NCBI GenBank assembly: GCA_963805625.1
Contig: CAWDVE010000017.1
Location: 640,001 to 704,000, forward strand
From: an uncultured Candidatus Rokubacteria bacterium
Lineage (GTDB): Bacteria > Methylomirabilota > Methylomirabilia > Rokubacteriales > DASRDR01
DNA length: 64,000 nt
Reading direction: 5' to 3'
The notes under the pieces were generated by a model. It was not told the origin of the DNA. It did no database searches and was given only the letters and a program-made list of their open reading frames with translations. Each line of letters starts with the position of its first letter. Position 1 is the stretch's first letter. The position numbers and the translations under genes are program-made. Shown piece after piece: positions 43,062 through 52,309 of this stretch.

Positions 43062-44423
43062 TCACCCGATCACGGGCCACTTCGACTCGACGACGAGGCC
43101 CGCGCGGGCGATCTGCTGCCGTGCCAGGGTCTCGGCCCGCTCGTAGAGGGCCCGCTCGTCGAGCATGGTCAGGTGCCCCTCGTCGAGCACGACCCGCCCG
43201 TCGATCAGCACCGTCCGGACGCTGGCGCCCGTGGCCGCGTAGACGAGGTTGTTGACCGGGTTGAGGAGCGGGCGCCACTCGGGCACGTCGCGGTCGTAGA
43301 GAACGAGATCGGCGCGCTTCCCGGGTTCGATCGAGCCGATGGCGGTCTCCAGCAGGAGGGCCTCGGCCCCCCGGATCGTCGCCATCTCGAGCGCCCGCTC
43401 GGGCGGCATCACGGAGACGTCGAGCCGCGCGTCCTTGTAGAGGGTCGCGGCGAGGTACATGAGCCGCAGCATGTCGAAGTGGTTCGAGCCGTTGCCGCTG
43501 TCGCCGCCGAGCGAGACGCACACCCCCGCGTCGAGCATCTCGACGAACCGCCCGTGGGCCGCCAGGCCCTTGGTGTGCTTCAGCCCCGCCGTCGGACAGT
43601 GGGAGACCTTCACGCCCCGCCGCGCCAGGAGGGCGATGTCCTCGTCGTCGACGTACACCATGTGGGCGAGCTTCGTCGCGGGGGTCAGGACGCCCAGCGC
43701 CTCGAGCTCGGCCAGCGGGACGCGATCGGCCGTGCGCCGCGAAGGATGCGAGGCGAACTGCATCATGCCCCAGCCCACGCCGTAGCGCTCGGCCAGGGCC
43801 CGCGCCCCCTGCATGAGAGCCGGCGAGCACGTGCCGAAGCCCAGGAGGAGCGGCCACGCCGCGATCCGACCGCTCGCCCGGCCGTGCACGGTCTCGAGCA
43901 TCGCCTCGTTGAGCCGGAGGGCGTCGCCGGTCGTCTGCCGCATCGGCCCCGGCCCCGTGGCGAGGTCCCAGGACCACCGGCCGAGCACGGCCCGCATGCC
44001 GACGGCCTCGACCACGTTCGCGACCGCCGCCACGTCGAAGAGCGTGCCCGCCTCGCAGAACGTTGTCGTTCCGGTCCGGATCATCTCGATGCAGGCGAGG
44101 AGAGCGGACACCTGCTCTTCCTCCGGCGTGATCACGGAGTAGAGCGGGATCAGCCAATCCGGGAGATAGCGATCGACGGGGATGTCGTCGAGGAGGAGGC
44201 CCCGGTTTAGGTGCTCCGAGAGGTGAACGTGGGTGTCCACGAAGCCGGGGAGCACGACCCGGCGCCGGGCATCGATGATGCGGGCGGGCGGCCGAGGTGG
44301 GCGCACGATCCGGGCTGGCCCGACCTGGACGATGTTCCGGCCGTCCACGAGGATCGAGCCGTCGGTCAGGATCCGACGGTCCCGATCCAGGGTGATGACC
44401 GTGGCGTGCTCGATCAGGATCAT
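43062..44423 (-). CDS. Amidohydrolase family protein (MtaD/SsnA-like deaminase)
   Basis: PGFVDTHVH, GTTTF, LAHMV, SHCP, LGGD, GSIEPGKRADL. Confidence 0.92.
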   Translation of the reverse strand: MILIEHATVITLDRDRRILTDGSILVDGRNIVQVGPARIVRPPRPPARIIDARRRVVLPGFVDTHVHLSEHLNRGLLLDDIPVDRYLPDWLIPLYSVITPEEEQVSALLACIEMIRTGTTTFCEAGTLFDVAAVANVVEAVGMRAVLGRWSWDLATGPGPMRQTTGDALRLNEAMLETVHGRASGRIAAWPLLLGFGTCSPALMQGARALAERYGVGWGMMQFASHPSRRTADRVPLAELEALGVLTPATKLAHMVYVDDEDIALLARRGVKVSHCPTAGLKHTKGLAAHGRFVEMLDAGVCVSLGGDSGNGSNHFDMLRLMYLAATLYKDARLDVSVMPPERALEMATIRGAEALLLETAIGSIEPGKRADLVLYDRDVPEWRPLLNPVNNLVYAATGASVRTVLIDGRVVLDEGHLTMLDERALYERAETLARQQIARAGLVVESKWPVIG

Positions 44424-44504
44424 GACACCCGCCGGGCGCGACCGAGCTGGCGCGGGACGTGCCGGCGAGGACGGCCGGGCGCGGGGTCGCGCATGATCGG
44501 GCCG

Positions 44505-44533
44505 GGTATAGCGAATCGTCGCCGTGAGGTCAA
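44505..44533 (-). promoter_or_regulatory. sigma70-type promoter for the amidohydrolase-TRAP operon
   Basis: Minus strand TTGACC-N17-TATACC. Confidence 0.6.
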
Positions 44534-44599
44534 GGGTGGAGCATAGCCATCCGGTGGCCGGCATCGTGCCTCGCGCTGCCTCCAGCCGTGACTACGCCC

Positions 44600-44840
44600 C
44601 GGGATCCACGGTCAACGCGGTCAACCGCTACATGCACACGGGGCCGGAGGACCGCCTACTGCACGTTGCCGCTCTTTCACGTCGCGGCCCAGAACGTCCT
44701 CATGATTGGGGGCTTCGCCGCCGCCGCCGCGCTCGTGCTCCATCGCCGCTTCGACGTCGAGCGCTGCGCCGAGGGGATCGAGGATCATCGGGCCACGGTG
44801 GTAACGGGCGTCCCGACCATCTACATCGGCCTTCCTCAAT
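44600..44840 (+). pseudogene. Internal fragment of an AMP-binding acyl-CoA ligase
   Basis: PEDRLL/CTLPLFHVAAQNVLM...LHRRFD...HRATVVTGVPTIYIGL, with no start or end of the parent gene. Confidence 0.68.
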
Positions 44841-44856
44841 GCCGGCGTGCGATCCG

Positions 44857-45972
44857 ATGACGAGGGCCGCACCCCTGTTCCGCGCCGAGCATGTCGGGAG
44901 CTTTCTCCGGCCCGACCGCCTGCTGGCCGCCGCGCGCGAGGCTCGGGCCGGCGCGCTCACCGCCGAGCGGTTTCGGGCCGTCCAGGACGAGTGCATCCGG
45001 GACGTGGTCGCGTTCCAGGAGGGCCTCGGGCTCCGGACCGTGACCGACGGCGAGTTCCGTCGGCGCAGCTGGTCGGCGGGATTCATCGACGCGGTCGACG
45101 GGTTCGGACTCCGGGAGGCTGCGCTCGGCTTCCGGGATGACACGGGCGAGCGGGGCGTCCTGCCGTCGCCTTACGCGCGGGCCCCGCTCCGGCGCGCCCG
45201 CGGCATCGCGACCGACGAGTTCGGGTTCCTGAAGGGCGCGGTGACGACGGGGCTGCCCAAGGTGACGATCCCGGCGCCCGACGTGATGCACTTCTTCCTC
45301 GGCCCCCGGAGCGTCGACCCCGAGGTGTACCCCGACCTCGAGCGGTATTATGCGGATCTCGTCGCCATCTACCGGGCGGAGCTGCGGGATCTGGTGGGGC
45401 TGGGCTGCACCGCCCTCCAGCTCGACGACACGGCGCTGCCTTGCAACTGCGATGACCGGGTGCGCGCCGACGTTCGGGCTCGCGGAGAGGATCCGGACGC
45501 GCTCACCCTGCGCTACGTGGGCCTCATCAACGACGCGCTGGCGGCGTGTCCGCCCGGCGTCGTGCGGTCCGTACACATGTGCCGCGGCAATCTCAAGGGC
45601 GCCTGGATGGCCCAGGGAGGCTACGAGCCGATCGCCGAGGCGGTGTTCGGCAGCCTGGCCGTCGACGCCTTCCTCCTCGAGTTCGACAGCCCGCGCGCGG
45701 GTGATTTCCGGGCGCTCCGCTTCGTCCCCGCGCCGAGGCGCGTCGTCCTCGGGCTGGTCAGCACGAAGACGCCCGCGCTCAAATCGGCTGACGCGCTCAA
45801 GCGCCGGATCGACGAGGCCGCGCGCTATGTGCCCCTCGAGCGGCTCGGGCTCTCACCGCAGTGCGGATTCAGCTCGGCTCCCGGGTCGGGCCAGCCCATC
45901 ACCCCCGACGACCAGCGCCGGAAGCTGGAGCTCGTGCTCGCCGTGGCCCGGGACGTGTGGGGGACGGACTGA
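44857..45972 (+). CDS. Cobalamin-independent methionine synthase II family protein (catalytic domain only, YxjG/YxjH-like)
   Basis: FRAEHVGSFLRP, TDGEFRR, PKVTIP, HMCRGN, LEFDS, SPQCGF (zinc ligands). Confidence 0.92.
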   Translation: MTRAAPLFRAEHVGSFLRPDRLLAAAREARAGALTAERFRAVQDECIRDVVAFQEGLGLRTVTDGEFRRRSWSAGFIDAVDGFGLREAALGFRDDTGERGVLPSPYARAPLRRARGIATDEFGFLKGAVTTGLPKVTIPAPDVMHFFLGPRSVDPEVYPDLERYYADLVAIYRAELRDLVGLGCTALQLDDTALPCNCDDRVRADVRARGEDPDALTLRYVGLINDALAACPPGVVRSVHMCRGNLKGAWMAQGGYEPIAEAVFGSLAVDAFLLEFDSPRAGDFRALRFVPAPRRVVLGLVSTKTPALKSADALKRRIDEAARYVPLERLGLSPQCGFSSAPGSGQPITPDDQRRKLELVLAVARDVWGTD

Positions 45973-46002
45973 GCCCTCGAGGTCGCAGGCCCGCGTAGCT
46001 CT

Positions 46003-46506
46003 CTAGATCGGAGCGGGCTGACGCCGACGCGGCCGGACCACCCGCACGGTCTCCCGGTCGACGCTCGGGCGAGGCGGGCTCTCCGGCTTCGCGGCTGCGG
46101 CCGACTGCTGGTACACGGCCGCGCTCGGCCGCGGACGTCGGCGGTCAGTGCGGCGACGCTCCTCGGCCGTCGGCCCGGCGGCGGTGCGGCGGCGTTGGCC
46201 GACGCGCCGCTCGTAGACAACCTCCACCCCGGTGCCCGCCAGCGCCTGCCGCAGGACCCGGTAGAGATCCCGCTGATGGTGCTGGACGATGAGGATCCAT
46301 TGGCTGGCGGCCGGCGTCGTCGCCTCTCCGTGACGCGACGCGTCGACCTTGCCGTCGTCCATTGGACGGAACCAGCTTGCGAGCGGGACCGTGCCGTCCC
46401 GATCACACCAGGGGCAGGTCAGGTCGTCGGTCAGACAGTCACAATCCAAGCACAGCCGCGCCCGTTTGAGGGGCAGAGCCATGGATCGAACGAGCCCTCC
46501 GGTCAT
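46003..46506 (-). CDS. Hypothetical protein with an N-terminal zinc ribbon and an ERR..QRR..ERR.DRR motif
   Basis: CLDC..CPWC; VEVVYERRVGQRRR...EERRRTDRRR. Confidence 0.72.
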   Translation of the reverse strand: MTGGLVRSMALPLKRARLCLDCDCLTDDLTCPWCDRDGTVPLASWFRPMDDGKVDASRHGEATTPAASQWILIVQHHQRDLYRVLRQALAGTGVEVVYERRVGQRRRTAAGPTAEERRRTDRRRPRPSAAVYQQSAAAAKPESPPRPSVDRETVRVVRPRRRQPAPI

Positions 46507-46532
46507 TGGGCTGCCAGTGTCCCTATCCAGAA

Positions 46533-46548
46533 TGCAAGGGCGGGGCCA
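46533..46548 (-). promoter_or_regulatory. sigma54 -24/-12 promoter
   Basis: Minus strand TGGCCC-CGCCC-TTGCA; no 32-bp enhancer copy seen. Confidence 0.68.
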
Positions 46549-46621
46549 CGGAGGGGATGTCCGCAACCCGTCGGAATCATGGCCGTGCCGCCAGGTAGAA
46601 GGACGGGGAGCGCTCGCAGGT

Positions 46622-46637
46622 TGGCTCGGTCGTTGCC
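46622..46637 (+). promoter_or_regulatory. Possible sigma54 promoter
   Basis: TGGCTC-GGTCG-TTGCC, divergent from the 46533 promoter. Confidence 0.5.
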
Positions 46638-47232
46638 AGAATCCGTCAGTGGAGTGGCGTGAACCGGATCGACCGGACGAAGATCTCGCTTTCTCCGTCC
46701 GCGCGGGCCGAGGGGGGGCCTTCCGGCGGGCCGCTTGCTCCAGCCGATGATGACGATGCGCCCGGGTCGGGGGGATACCGACAGTCGAACCCGCGCGTGG
46801 TCATCATCGGGACGTGTTGACGCAGGGTGGCTCCGCCTTCCTTTTCACTGGCGTGCTCGGTCTTGAGCTCCCTCATCCCGATCACGCATTCGGGCTCCCG
46901 GCGTTGGACCTGGTCGAGAGCGTGCTGTTTGAACCCGACGAGGCTCTCCGCTCGGGTGGTCGTGCCTTCACGTCGGGGATCCAAACCGTGCCTGGACCGA
47001 GAGCCTCGGAGGAGTATCGGGCCAGATCCACCCGCGAGATCCGTGTCCAGCCGTCGAGTGGGCTTGACGCCCCTCGGGTGAGCGTGGTCTGTTCCCTGGA
47101 GGAGCCGATCCCGAGGGTCGAGGCGCGGTGCGGGAACATTCGGGCGCCGACGGCCGTTGCCTCAGCAGAGGCCCTGGCCTCCACGTCGCAAAAGCGCGAA
47201 AACCATCAAACCCTAAACCGGGAGGGGACACT

Positions 47233-48039
47233 ATGGCGATCGGATGGCGCTGGGTATTCGGCGGGGTACTGGCCACAATGCTGGCCGCGTGGGCGGGCCA
47301 GGCGCCCGCGCAGTCGGGCGCGGTCAAGATGGAGTGGCTGTCGTGGTCCATCTTCCGGTTCACGTCACCGGGCGGCAAGATCATCGTGACGAACCCGTTC
47401 GTCACGAACCCGGACAGCCCGGTGAAGGTGCCGGACTTCCCGAAGGTCGACGTCATCCTCGTCGCCGACGGACACCCCGACGAGGTCGGCTCCACCCACG
47501 AGATCGCGATCCAGACCGGGGCGAAGATCGTCACGCCCCACGAGATGTGGTTCAACTACTTCCAGCCGCGCAACGTTCCCGAGGCGCAGATGTTCCGGAG
47601 CCAGCCCGGTGACTGGCTCAAGCTCGACGGCCTGACGATCCGCAATGTCAACTCCGTGCACGGGGCGGGGGGGCCGGACAAGCTGTCCGGCGGACCGGCC
47701 ATGGGGTTCATGATCCAGTTCGAGAATGGCCTGACGGTCTACTTCGCGGGTAGCACGGCCCTGACCATGGACATGCAGCTCTGGGGCATGCTCTACAAGC
47801 CCGACGTGGCGATCCTTCCCCTGAACGCAAACCGGGATCCACAGGACATGGTCCACATGGTCCGGCTCCTCCGCACGGAGAACCCGAACCTGAAGACGAT
47901 CATCCCCCACCACCATCGGCTCCAGCCGCCTCCCGGCGCGCCGACGCCGGCGGTGCTGGAGGCCACGCTCAAAGCGGCCGGGCTCCCGGTGACCGTGCTC
48001 AACCCCGATCTCAGGAAGGTGTACGAGCTGACGAAGTAG
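47233..48039 (+). CDS. Secreted MBL-fold protein (UPF0173-like), paralog 1
   Basis: Signal peptide; VTNPF, ILVADGHPDE, SVHG, YFAGST, IPHHH. Confidence 0.85.
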   Translation: MAIGWRWVFGGVLATMLAAWAGQAPAQSGAVKMEWLSWSIFRFTSPGGKIIVTNPFVTNPDSPVKVPDFPKVDVILVADGHPDEVGSTHEIAIQTGAKIVTPHEMWFNYFQPRNVPEAQMFRSQPGDWLKLDGLTIRNVNSVHGAGGPDKLSGGPAMGFMIQFENGLTVYFAGSTALTMDMQLWGMLYKPDVAILPLNANRDPQDMVHMVRLLRTENPNLKTIIPHHHRLQPPPGAPTPAVLEATLKAAGLPVTVLNPDLRKVYELTK

Positions 48040-48047
48040 AGGAGGAC

Positions 48048-48123
48048 GGGGTCAGGCCTTGACTTTGACTTCGCGGCTATGCTTCGCGCGAACCTGCCGA
48101 CGACAAAGTCAAGGCCTGAGCCC
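48048..48123. repeat. REP/MITE-like element with terminal inverted repeats, copy 1
   Basis: GGGGTCAGGCCTTGACTTTG...CAAAGTCAAGGCCTGAGCCC. Confidence 0.82.
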
Positions 48124-48146
48124 ATTCACTGCCAGGAGGGGAGATC

Positions 48147-48953
48147 ATGTCGAACGGATGGCGTTGGGCGATCGGCGGAGCACTAGCCGTGATGCTGGCT
48201 GCGTGGGCAGGTCAGGCGCCGGCGCAGTCGGGCGCGGTCAAGATGGAGTGGCTGTCGTGGTCCATCTTCCGGTTCACGTCGCCGGGCGGCAAGGTCATCG
48301 TGACGAATCCGTTCGTCACGAACCCGGACAGCCCGGTCAAGGTGCCAGACTTCCCGAAGGTCGACGTCATCCTGGTCGCCGACGGGCATGGCGACGAGGT
48401 CGGCTCCACCCACGAGATCGCGATCCAGACCGGGGCGAGGATCGTCACGCCTGGCGAGATGTGGACCACCTACTTCCAGCCGCGCAACGTCCCCGAGGCG
48501 CAGGTGTACCGGAGCAACCCCGGCGACTGGCTCAAGCTCGATGGCCTGACCGTTCGTAACGTAGGCGCGGTGCACGGGTCGGGGACGCCCGACAAGCTGT
48601 ACGGCGGGCCGGCCATGGGGTTCATGATCCACTTCGAGAACGGCCTGACCGTCTACTTCGCTGGCAGCACGGCCTTGACCATGGACATGCAACTCTGGGG
48701 GATGCTCTACAAGCCCGACGTGGCGATCCTCCCCCTGAAGGCCAACAGCGATCCGCAGGACGTCGTCCACATGGTCCGGCTCCTCCGCACCGAGAACCCG
48801 AACCTGAAGACCGTGATCCCCCACCACCACCGGCTCCAGGTGCCGCCGGGGGGGACGACGCCGGCGATGATGGAGGCCGCGCTCAAAGCGGCCGGGCTCC
48901 CCGTGACCGTGCTCAACCCCGATCTCAGGAAGGTGTATGAGCTGACCAAGTAG
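48147..48953 (+). CDS. Secreted MBL-fold protein (UPF0173-like), paralog 2
   Basis: Highly similar tandem copy; ILVADGHGDE, AVHG, YFAGST, IPHHH. Confidence 0.85.
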   Translation: MSNGWRWAIGGALAVMLAAWAGQAPAQSGAVKMEWLSWSIFRFTSPGGKVIVTNPFVTNPDSPVKVPDFPKVDVILVADGHGDEVGSTHEIAIQTGARIVTPGEMWTTYFQPRNVPEAQVYRSNPGDWLKLDGLTVRNVGAVHGSGTPDKLYGGPAMGFMIHFENGLTVYFAGSTALTMDMQLWGMLYKPDVAILPLKANSDPQDVVHMVRLLRTENPNLKTVIPHHHRLQVPPGGTTPAMMEAALKAAGLPVTVLNPDLRKVYELTK

Positions 48954-48959
48954 CGACAC

Positions 48960-49037
48960 GGGGTCAGGCCTTGACTTTGACTTCGGGCGGCTACCCGCCG
49001 CGCAAACCGGCCAACGACAACGTCAAGGCCTGACCCC
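48960..49037. repeat. REP/MITE-like element with terminal inverted repeats, copy 2
   Basis: GGGGTCAGGCCTTGACTTTG...CAACGTCAAGGCCTGACCCC. Confidence 0.82.
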
Positions 49038-49039
49038 GC

Positions 49040-49381
49040 TCAGTCGCAGCGCTTCAGGAAGATGTCCCACAGCTTGGCCGGGCGCCCGCTCTCGTTGCGG
49101 ACGTCGTGGGGAGTGAGGCCCGGCATCCAGTAGACGCCGCCGGGGGCGAGCTGCTGCCGCCCCGTCGGGCTCTCCACGGTCAGGTCGCCCTCGACGACGA
49201 TCCCGATCTCCGACTCGATCCCCTGATGCCGGCCGGTGGCGCCGCCGGGCGTGAAAGTCAGGAGCGTCACGCGGATCGACGCGTTCTCCAGTATCACCTG
49301 GCTCGTGGGCAGCTGCGCCGACGCGACCAGCGGGAACAGCGCGCCCGCGAGGATTGCGAGCGCCACGAAGGCCGTCTTCAT
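49040..49381 (-). CDS. Secreted cupin domain protein
   Basis: Signal peptide; PGGATGRH...EG.L...PG....PGLTPHDVRN. Confidence 0.85.
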   Translation of the reverse strand: MKTAFVALAILAGALFPLVASAQLPTSQVILENASIRVTLLTFTPGGATGRHQGIESEIGIVVEGDLTVESPTGRQQLAPGGVYWMPGLTPHDVRNESGRPAKLWDIFLKRCD

Positions 49382-49476
49382 CTTGTCTCTCTCCTTTGTT
49401 GGTGCGGTCGTCGCGCTCCGGGCTGGGCCGCGCGGATGCCCTGCGGCCGTGGAGCGCGTGGTCGCCTGAGGGCAAC

Positions 49477-51006
49477 CTACCTCGATTCGACGATGGGTTG
49501 GGCGATGATCCAGAGGCTCACCACCGTGTACCCCACCATGAGCACGAGCATCGGCAGCTGGCTGCGGAGCGCCGCCCGCCGGTCCCGGAACTCGCGGAGG
49601 GCGACGACGTGGGCGACGTACACCGCGATGACGTGACCGATGACGATCGCGACGACCGCCGTGTACCAGACGGCACGGGCGCCCACGATCCCGATGTCGG
49701 GCCGGTACCGCGCGGTGCCGAAGAGGTCCCAGCCCCATCCGAAGGGATCGGAAGCGAGCCGGATCAGGAGCTGGCCCTGGATCAGGAGATACGTGAAGTA
49801 GTGGGCCAGGTGGTACGCGATCGCGATCGGCACCAGCGAGAGCACGAAGAGGCGGGCCACCGTGCCCGTGGAGAGCTGATCCTCGCCCATCCACGCCATC
49901 CAGCGCGCGAACCCCAGGTACACGAGCACGAAGAGGAGCGGGAAGGCCAGGAGGCCGAGCGTGCCGATGACGGTGAGCCGCGCCTCGCCGAGCGGCGCCA
50001 GCACCGCGTAGAGGGCGCCCTCCAGGTTCGCCCACGCCGGCGTTGCGGTGAATCCGTCGAACGTCACCGTCGAGAGCAGGACCAGCACGAACACGACCAT
50101 CGACGGCGACACGTCCGCGGTGTTGAGCAGTCCGGCCGCGAAGGGGCGCACGTTCCACTCGCGGCGGGCGGGGGCGGCTCGCTCGAAGCACGACCCGCAA
50201 TCGAGGCACTCGTCGTCTCGCCCGGCGCAGGAGAGCTCGCATCGCCGGCAGGCCTCGCGGTCCAGGACGCGGATCTCGGTCGGGGCGAAGCGGGCGAGGA
50301 CCCCGAAGGCCGTCGCGAAAGGGTCCCCGTAACGCAGCCATGTCGCGCGGCCAAAGAGCGCCATGCCGATCCAGGTGAGCACTGAGTATGCGATGATCAG
50401 CTTTCCGAGCTGGGCGGGGATACTCCGGCCCGTATACACCAGCTCGACCCAGGCGAAGGCTAGGAAGAGCCCGACCGCCGGCCAGACGCCCGATCCCGCC
50501 GGATAGCGGCGTGTCACCCGTCGCGATCCGAGAAGCGCTTCGCCCCAGCCGAAAAGCGCGGCCCAGGGGTTGACCACCGCCCACAGGTTCCCGACGAGCG
50601 CCGAGAGATAGGCGAACCCCACCCACCATGCCACCCAGATGAACGTCGGGGCGATGTTGCGAGTCGGGCTCTGGTCGCCGACCAAGCTCGCGGCCAGGAT
50701 CAGGGCGAGCACGCCGACCGAGACCAGGCGGGCGGCGAGCCGGACCCGGCTGCAGGCCAGGACGCGTCCGAGGGGAAAGCGCAGCAGGTTCAGCCGCCAG
50801 TAGCCGCGCACGCCGGGGCTTGCCTTGACGAAGAGCCCGATGACCACGAACGAGAGGGCGACGGCGGCGGCCGCCGCCGCGGCCCAGAGCCAGAGCGGGA
50901 CGGGCAGGTCGTAGCGCTGGCCGAATCCGTGCGCCAGGGCCTCCCCGGGCTGAAGCGTGAGGAGGGCCGACCCTCCCCAGGCCAGGCGGCGTCGACGCGC
51001 GGTCAC
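49477..51006 (-). CDS. Polytopic membrane protein with an N-terminal AHG motif and a Cys-rich loop (FedB-like)
   Basis: ALA-HGFGQRYDLPVP, VNPW, FDGF, PIAIAYHLAHY, SDPFGWGWDLFGT, GHVIAV..AH, MVGYT. Confidence 0.8.
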   Translation of the reverse strand: MTARRRRLAWGGSALLTLQPGEALAHGFGQRYDLPVPLWLWAAAAAAAVALSFVVIGLFVKASPGVRGYWRLNLLRFPLGRVLACSRVRLAARLVSVGVLALILAASLVGDQSPTRNIAPTFIWVAWWVGFAYLSALVGNLWAVVNPWAALFGWGEALLGSRRVTRRYPAGSGVWPAVGLFLAFAWVELVYTGRSIPAQLGKLIIAYSVLTWIGMALFGRATWLRYGDPFATAFGVLARFAPTEIRVLDREACRRCELSCAGRDDECLDCGSCFERAAPARREWNVRPFAAGLLNTADVSPSMVVFVLVLLSTVTFDGFTATPAWANLEGALYAVLAPLGEARLTVIGTLGLLAFPLLFVLVYLGFARWMAWMGEDQLSTGTVARLFVLSLVPIAIAYHLAHYFTYLLIQGQLLIRLASDPFGWGWDLFGTARYRPDIGIVGARAVWYTAVVAIVIGHVIAVYVAHVVALREFRDRRAALRSQLPMLVLMVGYTVVSLWIIAQPIVESR

Positions 51007-51028
51007 CGAAGTCCGGTGGGGGAGGAGG

Positions 51029-51379
51029 TCAGCGGGGATGAACTTCGAGATGGCCGACCGTGCGCTCGGTGCCGGGCCCGTGAATCTCGAGCGGGAAGCG
51101 CCCGGTCGCGCGGGCGGTGAAGCGCAGCTCGGTCGGCGTCTGGGGCACGAGCCGGGCCTCGAGGTCGTAGCCGTGGAGGTGCAGCGTGAACGGCTTGTCA
51201 GTCGTCCACTTGAGCGTGACCTCGTCGCCCTGCCGGACCCGGACGAGCCGCTGGCTCTCCGGAAGCCGGCCGTCCTTGAGCGCGAGATCGAAGAGACGCG
51301 GCTCGGCCACGGCCCCGCCGATCGCGATGAGGGCGACCACCGCGGTGGGGAGCATCGACCAGGCGCGCCGTCTCGTCAC
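51029..51379 (-). CDS. Small secreted cupredoxin-fold-like protein
   Basis: VRVRQGDEVTL, LHLHGYD, ATGRFPLEIH. Confidence 0.75.
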   Translation of the reverse strand: MTRRRAWSMLPTAVVALIAIGGAVAEPRLFDLALKDGRLPESQRLVRVRQGDEVTLKWTTDKPFTLHLHGYDLEARLVPQTPTELRFTARATGRFPLEIHGPGTERTVGHLEVHPR

Positions 51380-51399
51380 GATGGCTCCCTCGCCCCGGC

Positions 51400-52074
51400 T
51401 CAGTTGCCCCGTACCTGCTCGATCCTGGCCGCGGCTTGGTTCAGGGCGGTCGCGATGCCGGGCAGGTCCTTCACCGGCAGGTAGAGCGTCGTGGGCACCT
51501 CCCAGACCGCTCGCTGCAACAGAACCGGCAGGTCGCCCGTCTGGATGTAGCCGACGGCGTCCCCGCGGATCTGCAGCACGCCGACCCGGAGCGTGCCGCC
51601 GTGGAAATCGGTATCGACGGTCTCCGCGCGAGGCTCTCCCGGGGGGGCTGTCGCGATCCGGGCCATGTCCCCCACCGCCTGAGCGAGGGCCCGCACGTCG
51701 GCGCCGTCCAGGAGTCCCGAGCCGAGCCGGAACAGGTCCCCCCCGGGGCCTGTCGACACCGACAGTGTCACCTTCAGCGCCAGGGACTTCCAGTCGGGCC
51801 GACCCGGCTGGTGGGCGCGCAGCACTTCGATCGCGATCTCTCCGGGTCGCGCCACGCTGGTGGTCGCCGAGCGCGGGAACCCCGGCAAGGGGAGCGGAGC
51901 GATCGGCAGGGTGGCGATCGGATACGATTCCCTGACGCAGGGCGAGCAGGCCGACAGGACGAAGCGCTCGAACACGGTCGGTGGCCCCGTCCCGGTGCCG
52001 TCGCCGTTGGACCGAGCGGTCGACGGTGCCGACGCGAGCGCGACCAGCAAGACGAACGTGAGCGATCGCGGCAT
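51400..52074 (-). CDS. Hypothetical secreted protein
   Basis: Signal peptide MPRSLTFVLLVALASA; CSPC; open frame co-oriented with downstream genes. Confidence 0.68.
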   Translation of the reverse strand: MPRSLTFVLLVALASAPSTARSNGDGTGTGPPTVFERFVLSACSPCVRESYPIATLPIAPLPLPGFPRSATTSVARPGEIAIEVLRAHQPGRPDWKSLALKVTLSVSTGPGGDLFRLGSGLLDGADVRALAQAVGDMARIATAPPGEPRAETVDTDFHGGTLRVGVLQIRGDAVGYIQTGDLPVLLQRAVWEVPTTLYLPVKDLPGIATALNQAAARIEQVRGN

Positions 52075-52309
52075 CGGCCCCCCGGCTCTCGACGTCGCGC
52101 GGGCCAGGGCCCGCGCCAGGACGATCTTACCGCGTCTCGGGCTGGCTAGGTTTCTGGGCTGGCCGCAGGGTGCCGAATGGCGGGCGACGGTCGAAGACGC
52201 GCGTCTAACGGGGCGGGCGCGAACCGGCTCCGCCCAACAGACGCGCACGGACGCGCTAGGCTACAGGGAGCGCAGGAACTTCAGAAGATCCTGCTTGTCA
52301 GACTCCCTC

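Noticed and set aside
48048-49037. Repeats as a CRISPR array
   Set aside because: There are only two units, separated by a whole gene, with terminal inverted repeats and no cas genes.
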